This document shows, piece by piece, positions 1-10,289 of a DNA stretch of 64,000 nucleotides. The number at the start of each line of letters is the position of its first letter. The first letter of the stretch is position 1. The notes under the pieces were generated by a model, which made no database searches, was not told where the DNA came from, and was given only the letters and a program-made list of their open reading frames with translations. The position numbers were made by a program, and so were the translations under genes. The stretch is taken from contig JAFGVX010000050.1 of assembly GCA_016937775.1 (NCBI GenBank), positions 898 through 64,897 on the forward strand, in the 5' to 3' direction. This DNA is from Campylobacterales bacterium. GTDB lineage: Bacteria; Campylobacterota; Campylobacteria; Campylobacterales; Sulfurovaceae.

Positions 1-533
1 GGGGATATCTTGCTATCGCATTTTTCTGCTTTGGCGGCTCTTTGGTCACCGTTGCTGCAGCGGGCGTTTTTGCTGCACTCGGGAAGATCGATCTTGTGAC
101 GGCTTTAAGTGTTGCGACAGTCTCAAATTTTTTAGGTGATAATTTTCTTTTTTATCTAGCGCGCTATCAAAGAGCAAGTGTTAAGCCCTATTTTGAAAAA
201 CACAGAAGAAAGATTGCTTACTCTAACCTTCTTTTTAGGAGATACGGTGATATCGCCGTATTTATCCAGAAGTTTCTTTACGGCATTAAAACGCTTATCC
301 CGTTGACTATGGGACTTTCGAAATACTCATTTGCAAAATTTATCTTTTTAAACATCTTTGCCTCTATCATTTTTGTTGTAGTTATAGGGCTTATCGGGTA
401 TTATAGTAGTGATTTTATCACGCAAGCTTTTGATTATGTGAGTGAAAATCCATGGATTGCTCCACTTGTACTTTTTAGTTTGCTTGGCGGGGTTTGGTAT
501 TTTATGGAGCGAGTCACAAAGAGAAAAGATTAG
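1..533 (+). CDS. DedA/VTT-domain family membrane protein, 5-prime end runs off the window
   Basis: The frame is open from base 3 through the TTG at 42. Multi-pass hydrophobic protein with DedA-like stretch FLGDNFLFYLARY...KFLYGIKTLIPLTMG. Confidence 0.6.
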   Translation, partial: GYLAIAFFCFGGSLVTVAAAGVFAALGKIDLVTALSVATVSNFLGDNFLFYLARYQRASVKPYFEKHRRKIAYSNLLFRRYGDIAVFIQKFLYGIKTLIPLTMGLSKYSFAKFIFLNIFASIIFVVVIGLIGYYSSDFITQAFDYVSENPWIAPLVLFSLLGGVWYFMERVTKRKD

Positions 534-547
534 TTTTATATATTTTT

Positions 548-648
548 GGCATTGTCACGGAAACTGTAGGAGTAATCCCTTGTGGTTGCCCATTTCAATA
601 AATAAATTACATGGTTTTTTTAGGTACCCACAAGGGGCACCCCTACAC
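548..648. repeat. Inverted pair of a GC-rich module (core CCCTTGTGG at 578-586 / CCACAAGGG at 628-636) between convergent genes
   Basis: The reverse complement of 548-593 (atgggcaaccacaagggattactcctaca...) aligns with 621-648 (taggtacccacaaggggcacccctaca). The two arms flank an AT-rich loop of about 30 nt. Confidence 0.55.
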
Positions 649-680
649 ATAAAATAGAATTGAAATTCTATAGTTGCCAC

Positions 681-1859
681 TTATCGCAATGATAAACTAT
701 CCTTCTCCACAAATCTTTTGATTCTGCCAATCCCTTCTCGGATCGTATCGATATCTGTTGCAAACGAAAATCTAAAATATCCTTCGCTACCAAATCCAAC
801 TCCCGGAACTACTGCAACGCCAGTCTCTTTTAAAAGTTGCTTGCAGAACTCTATAGAATCATTAGAAACCTCTTTGATATTGACAAAGAGATAAAATGCT
901 CCTTTTGGTGCAAGCACACTTAGTCCATCTATCTCGTTGAAAAGTTTTACAGCCTCACTCGCTCTTGTTTCAAAAGCTTTGCGCATTGATTCTATCTCAT
1001 CATCAACTTCACCCCGAAGTGCTATGATAGCCGCCTTTTGCGTAATAGAGTTGATGTTGGATGTGCTTTGGCTTTGTAGCTTATTCATAGCAGAGATAAG
1101 CTCTTTTTTTGGTGTTGCTAGGTAACCAAATCTCCAACCTGTCATGGCTACTGATTTGCTTAGACCATTGATTGTAATCGTTCTTTGAAACATATCTTCA
1201 CTAATGCTAGCAGTTGATGTGAAGCCTTCTTCGTAGATGAGTTTTTCATACATCTCATCACTTGCTACAAGGATATCAGTACCTTCTAAAACTCGAGCTA
1301 TCTCTATGAGTTCATCTCTAGTGTAGATAGAGCCTGTCGGGTTTGAAGGGGAAGTAAGTACCACCATTTTTGTTTTTGGAGTGATTGCTGCTTGAAGCTC
1401 TTTCGCACTCATTTTAAATCTATTTTTTTCATTAGTTTCAATAATGACAGGTTTTCCACCGCTATAGATAACAATCTCAGGGTAAGTTACCCAGTAAGGA
1501 GCGGGGATGATTACTTCATCTCCTTCATCAATCACTGCTTGAAAAAGATTGAAGAGCGATTGCTTTGCTCCATTGCTTACGATAATCTCATTAGGTGCAT
1601 ATTTAAGGTTGTTTTCTTTTTCGAGTTTATAGCTTATTGCCTCGAGAAGTTCCGGAATGCCCGGAACAGCTGTGTATTTTGTAAAACCTTCGTCAATTGC
1701 TTTAATTGCTGCATCTTTAATTTTTCTTGGTGTGTCAAAATCCGGTTCGCCGGCAGAGAAGCTTATGACATCCTTGCCTTCAGCTTTCATCTCTTTTGCC
1801 AAAGTGCTTATGGCGATAGTGAGTGATGGTGAAAGTGCCTGTATTCTGCGAGATAACAT
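681..1859 (-). CDS. Class I/II PLP-dependent aminotransferase, aspartate aminotransferase-like
   Basis: 392 aa. N-terminal SFSAGEPDFDTP, PLP-lysine region SKSVAMTGWRFGY. Confidence 0.85.
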   Translation of the reverse strand: MLSRRIQALSPSLTIAISTLAKEMKAEGKDVISFSAGEPDFDTPRKIKDAAIKAIDEGFTKYTAVPGIPELLEAISYKLEKENNLKYAPNEIIVSNGAKQSLFNLFQAVIDEGDEVIIPAPYWVTYPEIVIYSGGKPVIIETNEKNRFKMSAKELQAAITPKTKMVVLTSPSNPTGSIYTRDELIEIARVLEGTDILVASDEMYEKLIYEEGFTSTASISEDMFQRTITINGLSKSVAMTGWRFGYLATPKKELISAMNKLQSQSTSNINSITQKAAIIALRGEVDDEIESMRKAFETRASEAVKLFNEIDGLSVLAPKGAFYLFVNIKEVSNDSIEFCKQLLKETGVAVVPGVGFGSEGYFRFSFATDIDTIREGIGRIKRFVEKDSLSLR

Positions 1860-1933
1860 TCATTGTACCTTTGTTAAAATATTATCGAATTATACTATGG
1901 TTTCATATTTTTTTCGATTAAAAAATCCCTCTT

Positions 1934-2638
1934 TTAGTCTTTTAGTGAATTGATAAAGAGTTCATAGATTTCATCTAATTGTGCATCATCATCCTTTAAG
2001 TGTGAAGCATCTTTTGTTTTGATAGCCGCTTCGATGATGGCGAGTCTTTTAAACATATATTCAAATATCTCTTTGTTGATATCGGGTATCTTGTTGTGAG
2101 AAAATTTGTTTTGATCAAATCCTCTAGCGATGATACGCGCAGGCACACCGATAGCAGTGCAGTTATCGGGTACGTTTTTCACCACAACTGAGTTTGCTCC
2201 AATCTTTGCATTTTCGCCGACGATTATATTGCCGAGTATTTTTGCTCCGGCACCCAATATTGCACCGCTTTTAATAGTAGGATGTCTTTTGCCTTTCTCT
2301 AGGCTCACACCCCCTAAAGTTACTTGTTGATAGATAAGTACATCATCTTCAACTTCGGCAGTTTCACCTATGACGATACCGACTCCATGGTCAATAAAAA
2401 CCCGTCTACCTATTGTTGCAGCAGGATGAATATCGATAATCGTCAAAAATTGCCCTAATCCCGAGATAAGTCTTGGAAGATAGGGGATGTTTTTTTTATG
2501 GAGTGAATGTGCAATTCTATAGAATAAAAGTGCCCAAAGACCGGGATAGTTGAAAAAAAGTTCAAGACGTGACTTTAATGCAGGGTCATTCTCTTTAACA
2601 TTTCTAAAATCTTCTCTAATAAGAGAAAAAAGATTCAT
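1934..2638 (-). CDS. cysE: Serine O-acetyltransferase
   Basis: 234 aa. SATase N-terminal region followed by hexapeptide repeats (DIHPAATIGRRVFIDHGVGIVIGETAEV). Confidence 0.85.
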   Translation of the reverse strand: MNLFSLIREDFRNVKENDPALKSRLELFFNYPGLWALLFYRIAHSLHKKNIPYLPRLISGLGQFLTIIDIHPAATIGRRVFIDHGVGIVIGETAEVEDDVLIYQQVTLGGVSLEKGKRHPTIKSGAILGAGAKILGNIIVGENAKIGANSVVVKNVPDNCTAIGVPARIIARGFDQNKFSHNKIPDINKEIFEYMFKRLAIIEAAIKTKDASHLKDDDAQLDEIYELFINSLKD

Positions 2639-2647
2639 CTATTCTCC

Positions 2648-4525
2648 TTATGGCGTATAGTTTTGATCTAACGCTTGTATAGTCTTAAGATAGCTATTTT
2701 CGCTTAAGTAGAGATAAAGTTTGCCTAAAATCTCTCTCTTTTCATCATTTGATAAAAGCTTTGAATCCTCTATCTTCTGTTTGAGCGATTTGTCCATCTC
2801 ACTAGTATCATAATCAAGATCATCAAGCACATCCATAAGATTTTGCGCTTCTATAAGATTTTCTATATAGTAGTGACCTTTTGCGTCAAACTTGATAACC
2901 GCTTCGGTAGGATGCGTAAAAAGATTGTGTTTCATCCCTAAAACCTCTTGATAAGCACCACTTAAAAAGAAGCCAAGAAAATATTCCTCTTCATCTACAT
3001 CAATATCATGTAAAAAGAGCGGAGATTTAGGCTCAAAGTTTATCTCTCCGTCGCTATCGCAAGTGATATCCCAAATACTCGCAGGATTTGTCGGTTTTGT
3101 ATCAAGTTTACTGAGTGGAACAATAGGAAAATTTTGTTTCAATCCCCACCAATCCGGGAGTGATTGAAAAACAGAAAAATTGACAAGGTATTTTTCTTGA
3201 ATTCTATCTTCAATCCTTTTGAGTTCACTTGTGTCTTCATCTTTTAAGAGTGCAATTGCCCTTTTTATGAGCAAGTTGACAAGTATCTCCGTATTTGATC
3301 TATCTTCAAGATCGATATACCCTAGGTCAAAGAGTGTCAACAAACTCTCCATATGATCAAGCGCATCATGCAGATATTCACGCGCATTTGATTTTCTCAT
3401 TGCACTATAGATATCGTAAAGTTCTTGGATGAGCGGAGGATTTTGTTCTTTGAGTCGTAAACTCTTCTCGTGATACTCTTGAGAGAAGAGTTCAAGCACC
3501 GGAGCGACAAGTACCCCATGACTTGCAGCGATATAGCGTCCTGATTCCGTAAAAATATCGGGAGCGGGAACATTTTTACTTTTGGATATCTCTTGCATGA
3601 GGTAAATGACGTCATTAGCAAATTCTTTAAGTGAATAGTTTCTATCTTGAAGATTTTGATGCTGAGAGTATTCGACTGCTAAACCGCCACCAATATTGAT
3701 CGCTTTGAGTGATTCTACACCTCTTTTTTTAAGTTCAGCATAGATATTTCCTGATTCTCTCAACGCTTTTTTGAGAGCAGCAATCTCTCCCATTTGTGAG
3801 CCTATATGAAAGTGGATCATCCAAAGATGCTCTAAGAGATTATGTTTTTTAAGCATCTCGTATGCCTCAAGTAGTTCCGTTGATGTGAGTCCAAACTTTG
3901 AGCTAAAACCACCGCTTTTTGCCCAAATTCCGGTTCCTGAGCTATGGAGTCTTATGCGTACACCGATTTTTGGAACTATCGGTTTTTTGACTTTTTTATT
4001 AAACTCTTCATTAACTTGTATAATAGTTTCGAGTTCACCGATACCCTCTATGGTTATGGTGATATTGTGCCCCATTTTTGCTGCTATAAAGCAAAGTGCT
4101 ATCATCTCTTTGTCTTTAAATCCGTTTACGGTAATGGGTGAACCTATCTTTGTTTTCGAGATTGCTATGATAAGTTCAGCCTTACTTCCCGCTTCAAGAC
4201 CGTAGGTGTATTCGCTTGATACATCGACAAGTTCATTGACAAAGTTTGGAAATTGATTGACCTTTAAGGGGAAAACAGCATAAAAATTACCGCTATACTT
4301 AAACTCTTTTTTTGCACTTTCAAATGTTGCAAAAAGTGTGTCTATCTGTTTTTTGATAAGGTGTGGAAATCTCAAAAGTATCGGACCCATATACCCTTTT
4401 TGCCGTACACTATTAGTGATCTCAAGAACAGAAGGTTTCATCCCGTAATTGATATTTATGGTATCGTTTTTGATTATGAAGTTGTCATCACCCCATATAT
4501 CAAGACCAAAGCGTTTCATCTGCAA
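2648..4525 (-). CDS. speA: Biosynthetic arginine decarboxylase
   Basis: 625 aa. Length and N-terminal region are typical of SpeA (ILLRFPHLIKKQIDTL, PLKVNQ). Confidence 0.85.
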   Translation of the reverse strand: MQMKRFGLDIWGDDNFIIKNDTININYGMKPSVLEITNSVRQKGYMGPILLRFPHLIKKQIDTLFATFESAKKEFKYSGNFYAVFPLKVNQFPNFVNELVDVSSEYTYGLEAGSKAELIIAISKTKIGSPITVNGFKDKEMIALCFIAAKMGHNITITIEGIGELETIIQVNEEFNKKVKKPIVPKIGVRIRLHSSGTGIWAKSGGFSSKFGLTSTELLEAYEMLKKHNLLEHLWMIHFHIGSQMGEIAALKKALRESGNIYAELKKRGVESLKAINIGGGLAVEYSQHQNLQDRNYSLKEFANDVIYLMQEISKSKNVPAPDIFTESGRYIAASHGVLVAPVLELFSQEYHEKSLRLKEQNPPLIQELYDIYSAMRKSNAREYLHDALDHMESLLTLFDLGYIDLEDRSNTEILVNLLIKRAIALLKDEDTSELKRIEDRIQEKYLVNFSVFQSLPDWWGLKQNFPIVPLSKLDTKPTNPASIWDITCDSDGEINFEPKSPLFLHDIDVDEEEYFLGFFLSGAYQEVLGMKHNLFTHPTEAVIKFDAKGHYYIENLIEAQNLMDVLDDLDYDTSEMDKSLKQKIEDSKLLSNDEKREILGKLYLYLSENSYLKTIQALDQNYTP

Positions 4526-4585
4526 TCCTCGATTAAAAAATAAATAGTATTATAACTAAAAATGGGTCGCAATTTATGCAAAAAC

Positions 4586-5797
4586 CTAAAATACATCCAA
4601 AGAGATATGTTGCTCTTCCTTGCTTTGAAGATCCTTCACCCATACTGTTTTGTCTTTGAGCTCATTTTCGCCTATAATACACGCTTTAAGATATCCTAAT
4701 TTATCGGCACTTTTTAGGTGAGATTTAAGACTTTTTTGTTCATATTCAACATAAACTTTTTGGACGGCTCTTTTCTCTTTTGCAATCTGAAGTAAAAGAG
4801 GAAGTGCTGTGGTATCAAGCGTACCCAAATAGAGTCCTTCTCTTTTTTGCTCCGGAAGCTCTACGAGATCCATAATACGCTCAATTCCTAGAGCAAAGCC
4901 GATAGCAGGAGTGCTTTTTCCTCCTAAAAATTCAACAAGTTTGTCATATCTTCCGCCACCGGCGATGGCTGATTGAGCACCCACTTCGGTACTTACAAAC
5001 TCAAATGCACTTTTCGTGTAGTAGTCTAGCCCTCGAACTAAATTTGTGTTTATTGTATAAGTAATCTTATGTTCACTTAAAAGTTGACACAATCTATCAA
5101 GATCATCTCGACATGAATCGCAGAGGTTATCGATAAGTTTTGGAGCGTCTTTGAGTATCGTTTTACATGATTCGTTTTTACAATCAAGCACTCTTACAGG
5201 ATTTGTTACTATCCTTCTATTGCAATCACTACACAAAGACTCTTTTTTGCTCTCTAAAAATGCAATCAATTTTTCTTTATAATCGGGCATACATGCATTG
5301 TCGCCAAGTGAGTTTATCTCTAAATTATAGCGAATACCAAGAGCATCAAAGATATCACTTACCATGCTTATGATCGTAAAATCTTCATAAACACTTGCTT
5401 CTGCAAAACTCTCACATCCAAACTGATGAAATGATCTTAGTCTTCCTTTTTGGGGGCGTTCATAACGAAACATAGGACCATAATAATAAAAACGATGCGT
5501 TGCATCCTGACGATCAAGTTTATTTGAGATAAAAGCTCGAACGATACCTGCAGTTCCTTCCGGTCTCATGCATACATCATTAGCGCCTTTATCTATAAAT
5601 TGATACATCTCTTTGCCGACGATATCGCTACTCTCGCCGACGGAACGTTTAAAAAGTGCTGTTTCTTCTAAAATCGGTGTCTCTATATAAGTATAGCCGT
5701 AATTTTTCGCAATCTTTATCGCAGTAGTTACGATATGCACAAATTTTTGACTATCTTCAAAGATTAAATCCTTCATTCCTCGCAAGGGATTTATCAT
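4586..5797 (-). CDS. hisS: Histidine--tRNA ligase
   Basis: 403 aa. Class II motifs (RGMKD, FRYERPQKGRLRSFHQ, AIAGGGRYD). Confidence 0.9.
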   Translation of the reverse strand: MINPLRGMKDLIFEDSQKFVHIVTTAIKIAKNYGYTYIETPILEETALFKRSVGESSDIVGKEMYQFIDKGANDVCMRPEGTAGIVRAFISNKLDRQDATHRFYYYGPMFRYERPQKGRLRSFHQFGCESFAEASVYEDFTIISMVSDIFDALGIRYNLEINSLGDNACMPDYKEKLIAFLESKKESLCSDCNRRIVTNPVRVLDCKNESCKTILKDAPKLIDNLCDSCRDDLDRLCQLLSEHKITYTINTNLVRGLDYYTKSAFEFVSTEVGAQSAIAGGGRYDKLVEFLGGKSTPAIGFALGIERIMDLVELPEQKREGLYLGTLDTTALPLLLQIAKEKRAVQKVYVEYEQKSLKSHLKSADKLGYLKACIIGENELKDKTVWVKDLQSKEEQHISLDVF

Positions 5798-5798
5798 T

Positions 5799-6374
5799 CT
5801 AACTCCTTATAAAATTGACGACTTCTTTTTGTATCTCCTCAATGCTTTTTGAAGCATTGATATAGAGTCGCTCAATTCCTAATTTCATAATGATATCTTT
5901 CATATTTTGTTGCACTTCTAAAAGATATTTAAGCCCTCTTTTTTCTATCTCATCTAGCCCTTTTTGTGAGAGTCTGCGATCAAGTGTTATGATATCCATC
6001 TCAAAGAGGATAACCTTGTCGGGCATTTTGTTTTCAAGTGCAAAACGGTTCATCTCTAAAAGCTCCATGAAGGAAAATTTATCTCTATTCATCGCATATG
6101 CCATTCCTGAGACAAGTCCTCTATCGGAAAGAATAAGCTTATGAAGATTTGGCTCAATGACTTGTTTGTAATGCTCGGCTCTGTCGGCTAAAAAAAGGAG
6201 TACTTCGGCTCTTTTTGATTTGAGCTCACTTCGTAAAAGTATCTCTCTTGCTTTTTGACCGAAAGCCGTTCCACCAGGCTCTTGAGTCATGATAGCATCC
6301 GGAAATATCTCTTTTAAAAGTTCGATTTGTGTGCTTTTCCCGCAAGTATCTATGCCTTCAAATAGTATATACAT
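5799..6374 (-). CDS. tmk: Thymidylate kinase
   Basis: 191 aa. P-loop FEGIDTCGKST. Confidence 0.85.
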   Translation of the reverse strand: MYILFEGIDTCGKSTQIELLKEIFPDAIMTQEPGGTAFGQKAREILLRSELKSKRAEVLLFLADRAEHYKQVIEPNLHKLILSDRGLVSGMAYAMNRDKFSFMELLEMNRFALENKMPDKVILFEMDIITLDRRLSQKGLDEIEKRGLKYLLEVQQNMKDIIMKLGIERLYINASKSIEEIQKEVVNFIRS

Positions 6375-6847
6375 TATAACCCTTTCTTTAACATCGGTAG
6401 AATTTCTTTCGGCACAAGATGATCTACTTTGCCATCATATCTTAAAATGGAGCGCACAACAGATGAACTGATAAATGCATTTTGAAGACTTGGCATTAAG
6501 TAAACAGTCTCAATTTCTTTTCTTAGTGAAGCATTCGCATATCCCATTTGTAGCTCATATTCAAAATCACTAACAGCTCTCAAGCCTCTTATGATGATAT
6601 CTGCATTGAGCTTATCACACAGATCAACAAGGAGGGTGTCAAATCCGACGACAGAAACATTGTCATATTTTTTTGTTGCAAGGTGGATCATATTGATACG
6701 TTGTTGCGCATCAAACATCGGCTTTTTTTCTGAATTGTGAGCAACAGCTATAACAACTTCATCAAAGATGCTACATGCACGCTTGATGATATCAAGGTGT
6801 CCGTTGGTTACCGGATCAAAAGTTCCCGGATATATAGCTTTTTTCAT
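6374..6847 (-). CDS. coaD: Phosphopantetheine adenylyltransferase
   Basis: 157 aa. YPGTFDPVTNGHLDII. Its stop overlaps the tmk start. Confidence 0.9.
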   Translation of the reverse strand: MKKAIYPGTFDPVTNGHLDIIKRACSIFDEVVIAVAHNSEKKPMFDAQQRINMIHLATKKYDNVSVVGFDTLLVDLCDKLNADIIIRGLRAVSDFEYELQMGYANASLRKEIETVYLMPSLQNAFISSSVVRSILRYDGKVDHLVPKEILPMLKKGL

Positions 6848-7392
6848 CGCATCTCCTTGTTTTGCTTATCATCGCCCCATCTTTGATAGAGTTGATGTTG
6901 AATTCCGAGCGTATCATACCATTTTCCTATCAAAAATTTTTCCATCTCCTCTAATGTTTTAGCATCGCTATAATATGCCATAACGGGTGGTGAGACCACG
7001 ACACCTATAGATGAAAGCTTGTACATATTCTCTAAAGCAATAGTTGAAAAGGGCATCTCTCTAGGTGCCAATAAAAGTGGTTTTTTTTCTTTGAGTGCTA
7101 CTGCTGCTATACGTGTCGGGAGAGTATCTGCTATACCGCAAGCGATTTTAGCTAAAGAGTTCATACTGCAAGGGATAATAGCCGTCACATCAATGCCGAA
7201 TGAGCCGCTAGAGATTGTTGCTGCTATATCTGTGTCATTATAGATAATTGCTTTTTTCTCTTCACACAGAGAGACTATGGCGGCGTTATTTGATGCAGCA
7301 ACATAAAGCTCTATCTCACGCGGTAGATATTTTATAAATTTTTGAGCCAATACAATACCGCTTGCGCCTGTGATTCCAAGAGCTAATTTCAT
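6844..7392 (-). CDS. ubiX: Flavin prenyltransferase UbiX
   Basis: 182 aa. GITGASG flavoprotein N-terminus. 4-nt overlap with coaD. Confidence 0.8.
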   Translation of the reverse strand: MKLALGITGASGIVLAQKFIKYLPREIELYVAASNNAAIVSLCEEKKAIIYNDTDIAATISSGSFGIDVTAIIPCSMNSLAKIACGIADTLPTRIAAVALKEKKPLLLAPREMPFSTIALENMYKLSSIGVVVSPPVMAYYSDAKTLEEMEKFLIGKWYDTLGIQHQLYQRWGDDKQNKEMR

Positions 7393-7462
7393 CTTATATT
7401 CCCAAATGTTTTAATAGGTGGGTATTATATCAAATAGTAAGTTAAATAGTGTGGATTATGAT

Positions 7463-7537
7463 TGGAGCGGGCGAAGGGATTCGAACCCTCGACCCTAACC
7501 TTGGCAAGGTTATGCTCTACCCCTGAGCTACGCCCGC
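7463..7537 (-). tRNA. tRNA-Gly (anticodon GCC)
   Basis: The reverse complement folds as a cloverleaf: acceptor GCGGGCG/CGCCCGC, anticodon loop TTGCCAA, T-loop TTCGAAT, encoded CCA. Confidence 0.9.
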
Positions 7538-7680
7538 ATTATGTTTGAGAAATAGGGTATAAATAAAACAAAATCAAAAAAAGTCTAGCCTAAAGTAACT
7601 AGTTGCGCGAACCAACTGCTGAAGTTGTCACAGTGACAACATAGCAAAACGGACTTTGTTCGTTTTTGCGTTATTATGAA

Positions 7681-7766
7681 TGGTACCTCGGGTCGGACTC
7701 GAACCGACACGAGCAAAGCTCACCAGATTTTGAGTCTGGCGTGTCTACCGGTTTCACCACCGAGGC
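7681..7766 (-). tRNA. tRNA-Leu (anticodon CAA), long variable arm
   Basis: Reverse complement: acceptor GCCTCGG/CCGAGGT, anticodon stem CCAGA/TCTGG with loop CTCAAAA, variable arm of about 15 nt, T-arm GTCGG-TTCGAGT-CCGAC, encoded CCA. Confidence 0.9.
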
Positions 7767-7944
7767 AAATTGTGAAAAGGAATTTTATAGAAGATGAGCT
7801 TAAAGTGTGTTGAAAACAGCAATTGCTATAAGTCTTATTGTATGCTTTAAAATTTGGAAACATCATTTTTACAAGCTATTTTAATCCTATGGAAAAATTG
7901 GTTATAATACTCTCAATATTAAAATATATGAGTTTGGAGCTTTT

Positions 7945-10140
7945 TTGAAGATCACGATAATCATCACAGCCATTCTTTTCGTATATGCAGCGTTTTCAAC
8001 GATTTTTGTCGATACAAAACTTGTCGGTAATATTGGGAAAATCGTAGGAGAGACTAATTTAGAATTTTTTGGATATTTTGCTTATATTAATCTTCTTATT
8101 CTTTTTTATCCTCTTTATAGACTCTATGTTGCGGGCGAGTATTACAAGAAGATTGATTATATTGTGGGATGGATACTCTTTTTCATTGCGTGTGTCATAT
8201 TGAGCGGTCTTATTTTACCCGCAGAAGGTATAGGGTATGTTGCAAGAGAGATCATTTTTTTTCTCTATCCTTTTATAGGTAAAGCAGGGCTATGGTTGTT
8301 GTGGTTTATGATTTTTGCACTTTCTTTGGTGCTTATAGCAGATGATGATTTTAGTTGGAGAAGTTTTGCAAAAGAGAAGGCGACGACATCACTTAGTTTC
8401 TCTATAGATAAGCTAGGAGCACCTTTTTTAGTCATCGGTAAACTTTTTAAAAGTATTTTCAAAAATCCTTTTGCTTCCGCTCCGCTTGATAATGAGTTTT
8501 TTATTGATGAAGAGCGTGAAGTGAAAAAAATTCCGTCTCAAACAAAGAGTACTTCAAGAAGGAGTGTAATAGAACCGCTTGAGGAGATAAGGAGCGAGAT
8601 TAAAAATAGTGATCTTAGCGATATAGTGCTTGACAAAAAAAGATTGAGTGCAAAAAAGAGTCACGTTGAGATCATTGATGAATTAGAGGAGAACTCAAAA
8701 CTGCTTGCGTCCATAGACAAAGGAGCGGTAACGGCACCTAAAAATTTTAGATTGCCCAAGATAGATTTTTTGCAAAAAGCACCGAGGATGATTAAAAAGG
8801 TCAATGAAGACGAGATCGATCGAAAAATAGGTGATTTACTCGATAAACTTAAAAGATTCAATATAGAGGGTGATGTGGTGCGTACCTATAGCGGTCCGCT
8901 TGTAACAACTTTTGAGTTTAAACCGGCTCCTCATGTGAAGATATCGAAGATACTTGGTCTTCAAGATGATTTAGCAATGGCACTCAGCGCCGAGACGATT
9001 CGCATTCAAGCACCGATTCCCGGCAGGGATGTTGTGGGTATTGAGATACCAAATGACAACATAGATACTATTTATCTTCGTGAGGTACTTGAGAGTGATA
9101 TTTTTCAAAATGCAAAATCATCTCTTACGGTCGCTCTTGGAAAAGATATCGTCGGAAGACCCTTTTTGACAGATATTAAAAAATTACCGCATTTACTTAT
9201 CGCGGGAACAACGGGAAGTGGAAAATCAGTAGGCATTAATGCGATGATTCTTTCTCTTTTATATAGAAATGATCCTGATCATCTAAAGCTTATGATGATT
9301 GATCCAAAGATGTTGGAGTTTTCAGTTTATAATGATATCCCTCACCTCATAACACCCGTGATTACTTCTCCAAAAAAAGCGATTACTGCATTGGCAAATA
9401 TGGTTACAGAGATGGAGCGTAGATATCAGCTTATGGCAGAAAATCGTACAAAAAACATCGAAACCTACAATGAGAAAGCGAAGCGAACGGGTGAGGCGGA
9501 ACTTCCATATATCGTAGTCATCATAGATGAACTTGCCGATCTTATGATGACGAGTGGTAAAGAGGTTGAGTATTCCATAGCGAGACTTGCGCAGATGGCA
9601 AGAGCAAGCGGTATTCATCTCATAGTAGCAACACAGCGTCCAAGTGTTGATGTGGTTACGGGGCTTATCAAAGCAAATCTCCCTTCGCGATTGAGCTATA
9701 GGGTGGGGCAAAGGATAGATTCAAAAGTAATTTTAGACACTATGGGTGCAGAAAGTCTTCTCGGGCGTGGTGATGCACTCTTTACCCCTCCGGGAGCTGT
9801 GGGGCTTGTAAGACTTCATGCGCCGTGGAGCAGTGAAGAGGAGATAGAGAAGATTGTCGAGTATCTTAAACTCCAAAGAGAGCCTGAATATGATGAGAGT
9901 TATTTAAATAGCTCGGGCGGTAACCAAAATGGCGGTTTAGGTCAAAATTCGGAAGGCGAGCTTGATCCGCTCTATAATGAGGCGAGAGAGATCATATTGA
10001 CTGACAAAAAAACATCGATATCCTATCTTCAAAGAAAGTTGCAGATAGGATATAATCGTTCGGCAAATATTATTGAACAACTGCAGGCAAACGGTGTACT
10101 GAGTGCACCTAATGTTAAAGGGAATAGAGAGATCTTGTAA
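7945..10140 (+). CDS. ftsK: DNA translocase FtsK
   Basis: 731 aa. N-terminal membrane helices, linker, motor domain with Walker A GTTGSGKSV, C-terminal winged-helix gamma domain. Confidence 0.9.
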   Translation: MKITIIITAILFVYAAFSTIFVDTKLVGNIGKIVGETNLEFFGYFAYINLLILFYPLYRLYVAGEYYKKIDYIVGWILFFIACVILSGLILPAEGIGYVAREIIFFLYPFIGKAGLWLLWFMIFALSLVLIADDDFSWRSFAKEKATTSLSFSIDKLGAPFLVIGKLFKSIFKNPFASAPLDNEFFIDEEREVKKIPSQTKSTSRRSVIEPLEEIRSEIKNSDLSDIVLDKKRLSAKKSHVEIIDELEENSKLLASIDKGAVTAPKNFRLPKIDFLQKAPRMIKKVNEDEIDRKIGDLLDKLKRFNIEGDVVRTYSGPLVTTFEFKPAPHVKISKILGLQDDLAMALSAETIRIQAPIPGRDVVGIEIPNDNIDTIYLREVLESDIFQNAKSSLTVALGKDIVGRPFLTDIKKLPHLLIAGTTGSGKSVGINAMILSLLYRNDPDHLKLMMIDPKMLEFSVYNDIPHLITPVITSPKKAITALANMVTEMERRYQLMAENRTKNIETYNEKAKRTGEAELPYIVVIIDELADLMMTSGKEVEYSIARLAQMARASGIHLIVATQRPSVDVVTGLIKANLPSRLSYRVGQRIDSKVILDTMGAESLLGRGDALFTPPGAVGLVRLHAPWSSEEEIEKIVEYLKLQREPEYDESYLNSSGGNQNGGLGQNSEGELDPLYNEAREIILTDKKTSISYLQRKLQIGYNRSANIIEQLQANGVLSAPNVKGNREIL

Positions 10141-10289
10141 AAGAGTGATTTTATCTCTTTAGGAAAGAAAAAAGTAACAAATAGTTACAAAATAGCTTCA
10201 TCATCATTTTTGGTATTTGTCGTATATACTGTTTTTAGCTCTTTATTGATACTATTCGTAATAAATACAGTGATATAAGGGAGATAATC

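Noticed and set aside
442-657. 71-aa plus-strand ORF overlapping the end of the DedA-family gene
   Set aside because: It lies in an alternative frame of a real gene and then runs through the inverted repeat pair at 548-648.
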